Below are positions 48,037-59,549 of a stretch of DNA of 64,000 nucleotides, piece by piece. Below the pieces are notes generated by a model. It searched no databases, was not told the DNA's origin, and saw only the letters and a program-made list of their open reading frames with translations. The first letter of the stretch is position 1. The number at the start of each line of letters is the position of its first letter. The position numbers were made by a program, and so were the translations under genes. Source of the stretch: Novakomyces olei (Eukaryota); assembly GCA_016906335.1 (NCBI GenBank), contig JADEYG010000012.1, forward strand, positions 124,001 through 188,000, in the 5' to 3' direction.

Positions 48037-51000
48037 ATGAAACGTACAGCCGGCGGCAGTGGCAATGGACCAGCCAAGGCCGATAGCGATCCTGCCAGCT
48101 TTGGACCCGTCCGCTCGAACAGCGATGGTTTCAACATCGAAGGCACTCTTCAATCGTACGCCGAGGCAATCGCCAGCGTCCTGCACGAGGCCAATGCTAA
48201 AGTACTCGTGGCAATGGTCGGCGTTAGTGGGTCTGGCAAGTCGGTTCTTACCGCAAAACTACAGCAGCTTGTTCAGCAACAAGAACAACAACAACAACAA
48301 CAGCAGCAGCAGCAGCAGGCGGGAGCGTCTCAAATTGCACCGCCTTCAATCTCCACACAAACCCTAAACCTAGATTTGTACAGGGAACGTGTAAACCAGG
48401 GCAGGTACCCGTCCGGCGATGCCCAACACAAGGCAGTAAACAGCATTGCTGTACCACAATACCTAAAAGATTTGGATTTGGCAGACGCTCAGCTGTTGGT
48501 GGTAGACAACACGAACCTGCGATGGCAAAACGGCCTTCAAGCAGTGGTGGAAAAGGCGGTGCGGGACGGTTACCATCTACTAACCCTAACGGCTCCTTAC
48601 AACAGGTACGGGTTCGTTGCCAGCCGTAGTGGCCATGGTGTCCACGGTGAGCTTTTTGCCAGCCTTGCACAAAACTGGCCCGGGTTCCGTTTCCGCTCGC
48701 TCTTGTTTCGTATGCTCTCTCCTCGAGCACTGACGGGCAGGCAGCCTTTTGATATTCGTGACCGGTTCAGCAAACTGGCTTATTACCAGCAATGGGGCTC
48801 TGCTGGTGTCATCTACGTAATGGACGGGTACCTGGGCTACTTTAACGCTGACATGTTTGACCAGGCAGTTTTACCGGCTGCCTCTATTATGCAAAGTCAG
48901 GGCGCTGGCTCTTTATTTTTGCAAAAGGACGGACTCTTGCACGTTACACTGATCCCTCCAGCAGCAAGAAATAATAATAGTAGTAATAATGATAATAATA
49001 AAAAGGGCAAATCGTCAGTTAATTCTGAATTAAAAGCGGTAGCTCGACAATTGCTCAAGGCTGGCGGTCCTCCAGCGCTTGTCTACTCTGGAGTCTCTTG
49101 TGCGGCAGAGCCAAACGGCAACGAGACCTGGTTTGCTACACTAACGCCGGACAGCCAGGCAGAATGGTGCACAAGAATTGAGGCTGCTTGCAGTGCAGCT
49201 GGCTTTGGTCATGTATTGGGTCCGAATGCCAGTGGTCTGCATGTGACCATCGGGTACAGGGAACGGGACGTTCATGGAATAGATAAACGGGGCCCTCCCG
49301 CATTTGCCTATACTAACCCTAACCCTAACCCTAACGGTTCTAGCTTTATGCCGCCGTTTCGCGGTATTGACAAAGGTGCGAGTCGTCAAGATGTTTTTGC
49401 TGCTGCTAATATTGAGGTGGCCCATTACTTGGCCGCGAAATTACCGGCCATGAATCAAGCGGACGTGGGCCGGCTAGCTCGAGACGATTCGAAACAAGGC
49501 AGCAGCCGTACAGAAGGCCATTCTACAAATGGCAAAGAAGCCAATGGCAGCCGCAGTCGCAGTGCTATAGACCTACAGATCCCTGAACAGCATGCTGCTA
49601 ACATTGCTTATCTTTTACATCACAATAATGTACGGGAAAAAGTGCGTACCGCAGTTTTACAGCCCGGCAATGTACAATACTTGCTCTTGGGATTCCAAGT
49701 AGTGGCCCGCCGGGGCTTAACGATAGACGAGCAAGTCTACAAGCGGGATCCTAGGCTGCAGGCAATTGTCCCCCGTGGCCTGACGTTTGTGTTTCGGCGC
49801 AGTATGGAAAACAATACCGGAAATACCGTTACCCTTGCCGGCCTCGTGTACCCGACGAGTAAGTTTTTCGGTGACAATGATATGGACAATGACGACGTGC
49901 AAGTCGAAACGGATGAGGATCTGCGCTCGGCCGCCGGGGCACAGTCACAGTTTATTGCCACAGAGAAAGTTAATGGGGAAATGTTTACCATATCGTGCCC
50001 TGACAAACTGGCCGATGGCAGTTTTGTATGTGTTTTGGGCAGTAAAAACAATAAATTTGCCTTTGCCATCAAGCTGAACGGGCTCAACAAGACGTGTAGA
50101 GCAGACATACGCCAGGCATTGCAGGCCTACCTGCTTCAAGGCGGCTTGCAGGGGAATTCGCAGCAAAAGCATACAGAACCGTCCAGTTTAAATGGTCCCA
50201 ACTCTAATCAACACGTCAATGGCCATTCTGAATCACAAGACTGGGACTTTGCCGCCGATTTGGAGTGGACAATGAGCAATGTATGGCTGGAAATGTGTGA
50301 TTATTTCTTGAATAGACTGATAGCACTGCCAGAGCAAATGGCGCAAAACTTTCTAGCGCGTCTGCACAAGCACAGGGAGACTGCATGTGGCGAGTACGAG
50401 TCTTATTTGCACGCGCATCTAGTCAAGTTTCCGGACGGGTACAAGAGAGTCCGTTTTTTCGCCCTTACTGGTTACAACGAGGCCGGCGAGCCGGTCATTG
50501 TTACAGAGGCAGAGCGGCTACAGCAACTGCAATGGCTGTCCGACTGTGGCATGGATACTGTTCAGGTTACAAAGATTAGCAGCCGTCGGATGGAGGACGA
50601 TATTATAACGATCAGGCGGGATGTATGGAACCGGCGTGGAGTCGAGGGAGTCGTACTGCTTGTCGTCAAGAACGATCAGGTACAAAAAATGATAAAAATG
50701 AAGACGATCTGGTACGTTGTGCACCGAGGCTTTAGGGAACGGCTGCGCCGGTTTGTTGTGCCCAACAAATCACAAACAAAACAGGCTCCGCAGAAGCAAA
50801 TATCGGCAGAGTTGCAGCAAGTGCTGAATGCTAAGCTCAAGATTTTCCAATTGCAGTCTGACCAGGGAGTGAGGCAGCAGTGGACACGGTACATCGACAG
50901 CCTGAGTGAGTATATTGTGGAAAAAAGGAAGCGCGGTGGTGCTCAGGCACTCGCGCAGGAGTTCAAATATAGATACCCGTGCATGATTGAGAGCGCAGAA

Positions 51001-51042
51001 ATGAAGGCTATCGGCCTGGACGAATTGAACATTAACGACTAG
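48037..51042 (+). CDS. Multidomain RNA end-healing/sealing enzyme: P-loop kinase + 2H phosphoesterase + Trl1-like ATP-dependent RNA ligase
   Basis: Walker A GVSGSGKS (48220-48243) and VVDNTN. Two HxT motifs (48940, 49240). Ligase motifs TEKVNGE (Lys at 49966), GSKNN, TACGEY, RFFAL, EGVVL and KMIKMK. Intronless; frame open from 47881. Confidence 0.8.
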   Translation: MKRTAGGSGNGPAKADSDPASFGPVRSNSDGFNIEGTLQSYAEAIASVLHEANAKVLVAMVGVSGSGKSVLTAKLQQLVQQQEQQQQQQQQQQQAGASQIAPPSISTQTLNLDLYRERVNQGRYPSGDAQHKAVNSIAVPQYLKDLDLADAQLLVVDNTNLRWQNGLQAVVEKAVRDGYHLLTLTAPYNRYGFVASRSGHGVHGELFASLAQNWPGFRFRSLLFRMLSPRALTGRQPFDIRDRFSKLAYYQQWGSAGVIYVMDGYLGYFNADMFDQAVLPAASIMQSQGAGSLFLQKDGLLHVTLIPPAARNNNSSNNDNNKKGKSSVNSELKAVARQLLKAGGPPALVYSGVSCAAEPNGNETWFATLTPDSQAEWCTRIEAACSAAGFGHVLGPNASGLHVTIGYRERDVHGIDKRGPPAFAYTNPNPNPNGSSFMPPFRGIDKGASRQDVFAAANIEVAHYLAAKLPAMNQADVGRLARDDSKQGSSRTEGHSTNGKEANGSRSRSAIDLQIPEQHAANIAYLLHHNNVREKVRTAVLQPGNVQYLLLGFQVVARRGLTIDEQVYKRDPRLQAIVPRGLTFVFRRSMENNTGNTVTLAGLVYPTSKFFGDNDMDNDDVQVETDEDLRSAAGAQSQFIATEKVNGEMFTISCPDKLADGSFVCVLGSKNNKFAFAIKLNGLNKTCRADIRQALQAYLLQGGLQGNSQQKHTEPSSLNGPNSNQHVNGHSESQDWDFAADLEWTMSNVWLEMCDYFLNRLIALPEQMAQNFLARLHKHRETACGEYESYLHAHLVKFPDGYKRVRFFALTGYNEAGEPVIVTEAERLQQLQWLSDCGMDTVQVTKISSRRMEDDIITIRRDVWNRRGVEGVVLLVVKNDQVQKMIKMKTIWYVVHRGFRERLRRFVVPNKSQTKQAPQKQISAELQQVLNAKLKIFQLQSDQGVRQQWTRYIDSLSEYIVEKRKRGGAQALAQEFKYRYPCMIESAEMKAIGLDELNIND

Positions 51043-51163
51043 ATTATTAATATGGATAACACTACAAATGGAAAAGAAGTTGATTGAATGAATTGTTGTT
51101 TAAATGAATAAATTTATTAAAATAATTAAATTGTTATTAAAAATTGTTATTTATATGAATAAA

Positions 51164-51248
51164 TTGTTTAAATGAATAAATTGTTTAAATGAATAAATTG
51201 TTTAAATGAATAAATTGTTTAAATGAATAAATTGTTTAAATGAATAAA
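51164..51248. repeat. 17-bp minisatellite (AATGAATAAATTGTTTA), about 5 copies
   Basis: Direct observation. Confidence 0.9.
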
Positions 51249-51376
51249 GTGCTATTTAATGAATGTGAATTGGCCGTTGATTGATGCACTTTCCCTGTTT
51301 TCAAGCCCAATGTGATATACTATAATTATGTACAATTATCTATTAAATGCAAGTGTAATGCCGTACGTTCACAAAC

Positions 51377-52767
51377 TCAGTCTGTGCGCTCGTCAGAGTC
51401 CATAATTTGACTGCTTTCTTCCGGCGGCGAAGAGGCATCAAAGTGTATATGCTTCGCTCTGTCAATGGACTGTGTTGGGTACAGCCACTGTAGCAAAACC
51501 AGCAGCAGGTAGTCTATAGCAATCCAAAAGCAAAACAGTTTGCCCGCCCACATTCCACAACCGTAATATCGTTTTAGCCGGACCAGCAGACTCGGCTGGC
51601 GGTACGATGAGATTTCATCGTAAACCTGGCACGTTCTTTCCGCCACATTGCGCCACGAGTACATGTGCTTAATCTCGTCGTGGAACTTGTCCGTCTTCAA
51701 CCGTCCCGAGGCAAACTCGTCGATTGCCTTGCTCAAGGCATTGAGCAAATCGTCTTCCTCCGGCTTGGCAAACGTAGTCATATGGTTAGGCAGTACTTCA
51801 GAAACGCCTCCGACGCGTGTGCAGACGACGTAGAGACCGCAGCTGGCGGCCTCAACGAGCACTGTTCCAAACGCCTCAGTGAGGCTCGGATGCAGGTAGA
51901 TATGGCCTCTCACCATGACGTCACGGACCTGGTCGTGGCGCACAGTGCCGAGCATTTCTACTTTATCTTGAAGCATGTGCCGCTCTCGCATCTGTTCGAG
52001 ATCGATAGCCTTGGGCCCAGAGCCGGCGATAATGAAGCGGACATTAGGGTGCCGCTCCAGGACTCTGGGAACGATAGCCGTGAGGAGATCGGCTCCCTTG
52101 TTGTAGTAGAGCCGGGACACGACGACGATAGTGATCGTGTCCCGGGGCAATGGCTCAGCAGCGGGCATAAAGTTTGACGAGACAAGTGCATTGGGGATAA
52201 CAGACACGGAGTAAGGATCGAGCGAAGCTCTGAGCACCGTATTCTCCTTGCACGTGTGGGATACGCAAATAGTGTGGTCCACGTCGCTGAGGGTAAACTT
52301 TACCAATTTGTTTGTCACAATACTCGCAGCGTCAGCAAACCCAAACAGACTGTGCTCTGTAAAGCACGTCTTTAGGCCCATTGTCCGCCCATGAATAAGC
52401 GCTTCATGGCACATGTTTGAGAGACTGCCGTGGCCGTGAACGATCGTAATTGCTTCACGGACAAGGATACTGCGCAGGACGGGAAAGAAGGAGAATACTG
52501 TGGGGAAAGACGCCTCTCGGTGGATGACCACGAAGGGCACATAGTAGACTTTGAGGCCGCCCGTCAGGTAGCGGATACCCACACGGTCCTCGTACGCATG
52601 CGTTACGATTACTACTCGCTGGCCGAGCTCGAGCAGCCGCTGGCTCACGTGGTAAATGTGCGACTCGATACCGCCCGGCTGCGGGTAGAAAAAATCGCAT
52701 ACCATTCTGGCGTTAGAATTAGAAAAATGCTGAGAATAGGAAACACGACGTACGCGATACTGTGCAT
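51377..52767 (-). CDS. SPT14: GPI-GlcNAc transferase catalytic subunit PIG-A (2 exons)
   Basis: MHSIA/MVCDFFYPQPGGIESHIY, FTEHSLFGFAD, KENTVLRA, SRLYYNKG.DLL and SLTEAFG..LVEAASCGL. Confidence 0.97.
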
Positions 52768-52829
52768 TTTAGGCTTTTACCATTGCCAACGTCTGCCGCT
52801 CGCTCATTACAATGGCAATAGAGTAATTG

Positions 52830-52955
52830 CAATTGTAATATTAAATATTATTGTAATTTAAATATTGTTGTAATTTAAATATTATTGTAATTTAAATATT
52901 AAATATTATTGTAATATTAAATTAAATATTATTGTAATATTAAATTACAATAATA
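52830..52955. repeat. Degenerate AT-rich tandem repeat (TAAATATTATTGTAAT)
   Basis: Direct observation in the SPT14/SIZ divergent spacer. Confidence 0.8.
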
Positions 52956-53384
52956 TTGTAAAATAGATAAAAATTATTGCCTTTTGAATTGCACATATAT
53001 TAAATAATTCAGATATTATAATTCAAATATCAATAATTCTAATATTGAATACTGCAAATATGAATATTGCACATAGCATATAATTGCACATATACATTAT
53101 ATTTTCAATATGGCACCGACCGCACTATAATACGATGGATAATATAACGAAATATTAATAATTAAATGATCCATTGTACCTGTCTGTACCAATCGCACTC
53201 TGAGCCTGTCAGGATGGCACAGCGAGCCGCTACAAAACTGACCTGAGTGATCTCGCCGAGCACAAGTTCCGTGGCACTGTCGCATGTAGAGCAGCCGCTG
53301 AAAAAATTTCGTGGCGACGGCGCGCTGAGAGAACCGAGATCAAAGGAACCGCGCAAAAGCGGTCTCGGAGCGAAGCTGTTGCCA

Positions 53385-56047
53385 ATGCAGAATCCGCCAG
53401 ATTATGCTGTATGCGTTTCAATATACCTTTAGCGCTTCTTCCCGTCTCTGCTCTTATTTGCCACCCGTTTTTACAAATTAACCGGCACGATTTGCGCGAG
53501 AGCTAAATGTCTAGGAAATTTTAAATTTGATCGAATCATGTCTCAACGTTACCGGTCTCAAAAATGTGCTCCGGACTGCAGGATTGCGCGTCAGCGGCGT
53601 GAAGAACCAGCTGATAGATCGGCTCAAGGAGTATGTGGATATAATGATCTCTGAAGGCGACCATCAGGGCTACATGAGCATCACCAGGGCTATATACTCT
53701 GCCTGTGGAAGACCACGGAGCGATCTCGTTCCTGTTCTTCCGGACGACGGGTTCAAGCAAGCCAGCGGGCCTAACAAGAGCTCTACTCACAAAAGTATTA
53801 TTTTGCTTGGCATACGGTATCTAATGTGCAGCTTTATTTTCAGGAAGTGTCTTTTACACTATTGTCGAAACGTTTGGACCGGTGTGTCACGTTCCAGGTA
53901 CGTCGTTCAAGAAAGCATGGCAACAAAAAGCAGGCAAACAAATACTATTTAGATTGGAAAATAAATGAATGGGAATTTGAATAAAATAATATACAAAGAT
54001 CGAAAACAAAAGGAAAGAGTCAAAGAAAAGAAAAAGAAAGGCCAGAGAAGTAAAACAAAGCAAAAAAGTACGCGACAAGGAACAATCTAATGCAAAAATA
54101 ATAGACAGGAAGGAGGGTTAAACGGGTGTGCTAACATAATCTAGCATCTGTTCAGCGCAACGCTGTGAATCTACAATTCTCGCTCAGCTCGTTGGCTGTA
54201 TCAAAATTAAAAGAAGAAAAAGGTCGGTATAGGCTATATCTTTTCTGTGGCAGTGCCGATATTGTAGCTTTGCGCCGTGCAGTAGTAGAGTTCCCAATGC
54301 AGGTGGAAGTTCGGGTGAATAATGTCTTGCTAAAGCAAAGCCTGCGAGGCTTGAAAAACCGGCCAGGTACGTCACGACCTGCAGACGTAACGGATTTGGT
54401 TTCGTTATACTCTGGCCCGCCTGGGTCAATGGTGGCCCTTGTGTACGCAAATACAATAAAGCGGTACATGATGCAAGTCGCACTGGTCCGGACAACGTCG
54501 GTAGAGGAGCTGGTGGAGCAAGTGAGTAATGGAAGAGTCGAATCAAAGCAATCTACTCTGACAAAATGTACGTGGTAATCTTTCAAAATACAATAGACTA
54601 ACAAACAGTATCGAGTGCAATGGCGGACGATGATGTGGTTGCTACTAGTATCGATATAACTCTCAAAGACCCTCTGTCATACTCTCGCATTAAATTGCCG
54701 TGCCGCTCTGTGTTTTGCCAGCATCTACAGTGCTTTGACGCCACATCCTTCTTTCAGGTTAATCAAGTCACGCCAACATGGACGTGCCCAGTGTGCAGCA
54801 AGACAGCCAGAGCCGAAGATTTGGTTGTTAGCGGGTATCATGATTTGCTTTTACTTGGTTTATAATTTACTTGTCAAGTCAAAGTGATGTTTGCGTTGTT
54901 TTTAAATTTAATTTTAAATTTAATTTTCATTTTTGTATTCTTTTAATTTTTAATTTTAATTCTTTTTATATTATTACTTTTTTGGCTTTCTATTAAGCTG
55001 TGCCTTGCTGTATTCAAATTTTCGCGGCTTTCTAATCCTTAAAGGTACATGATGGATATTCTGGAAAATTCACCAGAGAATGCAGAGAGTGTGACTGTTG
55101 ATCCCAGCGGGTCATGGTCGCTTTCAACGTTTGAAAAAGACGATATCTCCTCGGGCGATGAGGGTACAAATGACAGAGACGTGTCGGTGGCGATTGATCT
55201 GGATGGAGACTCTCCATCCAGATCAGGCCCGACTAGTGAAAATTATAGTAATACTGCCAACGGGACTAATACCCATGCCTTGTCACAGTCTTCAAGGGCC
55301 GAGCAGAGCCCAGGGTCGCGGGGTTCCAGACCCTCTGTCCCCCCACAATCAGCGGCTAAAAGGAAACGTAGCGAAGTAGTTGTGGATTTGACTTTGAGTG
55401 ATGAGGACGACGACGATGGCCGAGTGACAGTCTCCAATTTGCAATCAGCAGCAGTCAATTCTGCTGGTCCCAGACCCGTCCGTTTCCGAATACCTGCTAA
55501 TCTTGAGCGCAAAAGTGCCGCTGAACGAAACAGCACGGAGGCAGGTGCCTCTGCAGCTCTTGGAAGATATGCACACGGCACTCCTCCGCTGTTCAATTTT
55601 GATGTAAACAGCGGGAAAGAGCCATATGCGCCTATACAGCTGCCTCAGCTTCTTGACAGGCAGCCAGTGGCTGAGGCAGCGATGCAGCCAAGGATGAGAG
55701 AGCAGCAGAATGAGCAGTATAATGCCCATCATATTGGCCCTCGAATAGGGGATTTACAGGCAAAGGGTTTGCCAGGTCGAGTTGCTCAGTGCCCGACTCC
55801 ACAAGCGAGCAAATTGCCCAGTATACAAGATTATATAGGAGAAAGTGGCGATGCAGACGAGGATCGGCCCGGCGACACGGGCAACGGGGCAGCGAACGGG
55901 AACGGGAACGCGAACGCGAACGGGGTCAATGTACAATATACTTATCGGCCAAACGGCCAACGCGCAGAAAATACGACGAACGATGACGCATCTTCACAGT
56001 ACTTTGATACTGACGATGAGGATTATCTGAATGCATACTTTAATTAG
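53385..56047 (+). CDS. SIZ/PIAS SUMO E3 ligase (Siz1/Pli1-like), multi-exon
   Basis: SAP domain (LKNVLRTAGLRVSGVKNQLIDRL), PINIT variant (RGLKNRPGTSRPADVT), SP-RING (LKDPLSYSRIKLPCRSVFCQHLQCFDA..WTCPVC) and a SIM (VVVDLTLSDEDDD). Start is approximate. Confidence 0.92.
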
Positions 56048-56522
56048 TGCCACGAAGCGTTTACGGATGGTTTATGTATATAGAAGAATGGCCGTTTGAC
56101 CGGTAATGTATATGCTACAATAATGAAGAATAATTTTTCAACATTCTTATTCCGTCAAGACTAATAATCAGTCAAGACTAATAATCTGTCCATAACAATA
56201 ATCAGTCAGTCAAATACCCATTATCATTTGATTCCCGGTGCTAATCAGCGACAAACATTTGTACTGGCAATTATTTCCTTAAAAGTAGATTGTCAGGTTC
56301 GACTATTGCCGCTTCCATCTGCTCCAGCAGCCAACAGGTAATGGGCAGTGTTAGGGTTAGGGTTAATAACTACACCCGTAATAGATAAAACCCGTGATGG
56401 TACGCTGTACCGCACGACTGTCATTCCACTCAAGCAATAAAAAATGCACTAAATACCGTGTTTATTAAAGGCAAAATTCTATACATTTATTTCCCTATTA
56501 TTTCCATATATACGCGCTAAAG

Positions 56523-58422
56523 CTAGCACCATGTCTCGGTGTGTGCAATCACACACTCGGCCCTGCCTGCCGACTCCACCAGCTGGCCAATGGCGTAAGG
56601 CGTCTCACCGGACGCCTTCAAGCTGTCTATTGCGTCATTGGCTCTAGCACGGTCGACCACGATAACCATGCCCACGCCCATATTAAAAGTGCGGGCCATT
56701 TCCCCTGGCGACAGCCGGCCCCGCTCCCTTAGCCAGTAAAACTCGGGCAAGCACGGCCAAGCGGAGGCGTCAATGTGGGCCGACAGCATGGGCGGCAGCA
56801 TCCGCGGCACGTTCTCCACCAGCCCCCCACCTGTTATGTGGGCTATACCTTTTACGAGAGAATGCCTCACTAATTGGAGTAAAGGTTTTACGTAAATCCG
56901 AGTTGGCGTCAGAAAGCATTGCCCCAACGACCGTGACTCATCCCACGGACAGGGTGAGTGGTAAGTAACGCTACTGCTACTGGCTTCACGCTCAAAGATC
57001 TTGCGTACTAAAGAGAACCCGTTCGAATGGACTCCGTCCGCTGCGAGGCCGATTAAAACGTCTCCGCTCCGCATTTCCTGCGTCAATGGAAGCACTGCAT
57101 CCCGCTCAACTGCCCCAACGGCAGTTCCGTTTGTATCGTAGTGGTCGGCCGGATAGACTCCCGGCATCTCCGATGTCTCTCCGCCAGCGAGAGCACAGCC
57201 GGCCTGCCTGCAGCCCTCCGCTACTCCCTTTACAAAGTCCTCTGCCCGGCCAACATCAAGGGATCCAGTGGCATAGTAGTCGAGGAAGAATAGGGGCTCA
57301 GCTCCCTGAGCCACCAGGTCATTCACGTTCATGGCCACTAAATCAATGCCCACTGTATCGTGCTTGTCCAGGGCAATTGCCAGTAACAGCTTCGTGCCCA
57401 CTCCATCAGTGGCGCCCACGAGCAAAGGGTCCCGGAACCCACACGGTTTCAGGTCGAATATCCCACCAAAGCCGCCAATCTCTGCTTCCGCGCCCACGCG
57501 TTGCGTGGATTTCACTAGCGGCTTGATACGCTCCACCAGTAAATTGCCGCTGTCTACAGAGACACCGGCTTTGCTGTAGGAAAGGGACTCTTTTTCTCCT
57601 TCTTTTTGGGCAATCTTGTCCAACGCTCTGTGCGCAATATCGCGCCGGAAAAACTGGTCTGTAAAGGTAACTGCTCCCGTTCCACGGTAGGCGTGGGCTA
57701 CTGCCTCTTCTAGGGACATGCCTGTTGCCGAGACAGCAATAACCCGGCCTCCGGCAGTTACCAGCTGGCCGTCTGCCCCTCGCAGAGCTGTTCCGGCATG
57801 GAAAATCTCCACATTGCCGGCCTCGGCAATTGTGATGGGAACTCCTTTGGCGTACTTGCCAGGGTAGCCGCCCGCAGCAATAACAACGGCACAAGAAAAA
57901 CCGGGTTTGATGCCGACATGGACAGCGTCGAGGCAGTGGTGAGCACAGGCCAGCATTACGAGTGCCAAATCTGTCTCGTCGTCCAACAGGGGCAGTAGAG
58001 TCTGAGTTTCAGGGTCGCCAAATCGGACATTGTACTCGAGGACTTTGGGTCCAGTGCGGGTTATCATTAGCCCAGTGAAAAGCACACCCACAAACGGCGT
58101 CAGGTCTTTTCGCAAGCCATCAATAGTAGGCTGCACTATTGTCTGATCGATCGTTTGCAATAGTTGGGCAGTTGCAATTGGAGTGGGCGCATAGCAGCCC
58201 ATGCCGCCAGTGTTGGGGCCCTTGTCTCCGTCAAATATCCGCTTATGATCTTGAGCGGGTGGGAGGGATACAATATGGGACCCATCGCTAAACGTAAGGA
58301 CACTCAGCTCCTCTCCTTCCAGCCTTTCCTCCACTACCACCTCGGCGCCTGCATTGTTAGAACAAATTAAATAAACAATCAATAAATAAATACATAAATT
58401 AATTAATTAATTAATTAATTAA

Positions 58423-58453
<31 letters not shown>

Positions 58454-59192
58454 CTATAAATTAATTAATTATACACGACTTACCCGCATTGCCAAATTCA
58501 TGGTCGTCAATCATTGTTTTAACCGCAGAGATCGCTTCGTCGACACTTTCAGGTAAAACGACGCCTTTTCCACCTGCAAGTCCATCGGCCTTTACTACCA
58601 CTGGGTGCGAGATTGTGTACAGGTACTCTGTGGCTTTCGCCGAGTCCGTAAAAGTCTAAAGTCAGCAATGTCCAGTACAACTATACGTAGATTTCGTAAA
58701 ACATTTCCCATTGCAAAGCTTTAAACTTTAGACATATCCAATTATTCATACCTTGTATTCCGCAGTCGGGATTGAATGCCTCGACATGAAATCTTTGGAA
58801 AAGGCCTTTGAGCCTTCCATGCGTGCAGCTGCTGCGCTTGGACCAAAACAGGGAATTCCAACTGCCATTAGAACCAGTAAAGTACAATGCTAATTTTTTC
58901 TTCATTTCAGATTATGACTCTTACCTCGGCGGAAATAGCCTTCAATGCCAGCAACAAGAGGCGCTTCCGGACCGGGCACTACGAGATTGATCCCGTTCGC
59001 GACAGCAAATTCGACCAGCAATTTGAAATCTTCTATCGCAATATTTTCAACTTTTTCCAAGAGCTGAGTGCCGCCATTTCCTGGAGCGACGTAAATACGC
59101 TGCACACGTGGCGAGCGTGATAACCGCCATGCCAATGCGTGCTCGCGACCTCCATTGCCAACAATGAGGATCCTCAAGTCTTTTGTATCCAT
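56523..59192 (-). CDS. ADE5,7: Bifunctional GAR synthetase/AIR synthetase (4 exons)
   Basis: [76 protein letters not shown] and HITGGG. Confidence 0.97.
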
Positions 59193-59549
59193 TGGGAAAT
59201 TTAAACAGAATTTTTTTTAGGGCACATGCTATATATACAGACTGACAGCTTTTATCTGGACTTTTATGTCATTATTTTTCAGCTTTAATTTTTATCAGAT
59301 AGAAAGGATATATGCGTACCGTATATCTATCATATATCATATTATTTATTATCTATTATCTATTATCTATTATCTATTTTTCACTATATATAATTACAAT
59401 TTATTCTCTTTACAATGTATAGAAATTCTTTCAATATAAATTATTAAAAATTATTCAGGTCTGTCCAAAATTAATATAGATACAAATAAACTTTGCCTTC
59501 CAAAAATGTACAAAAGAATCCCGCCTCAACAGTCGAAGTATATTAACAC

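Noticed and set aside
49314-49335. (CTAACC)n telomere-like repeat
   Set aside because: It lies in frame in the RNA-repair ORF encoding NPNPNPN, best explained as a coding linker microsatellite.
48037-51042. Calling the ORF canonical TRL1 or a DNA ligase/capping enzyme
   Set aside because: Domain order differs from Trl1. No OB-fold-like module is evident after motif V, and the kinase and 2H partners point to RNA repair.
56290-56310. GGTTCGAC T-loop/B-box-like motif suggesting a tRNA
   Set aside because: No T-stem pairing or cloverleaf in the flanks.
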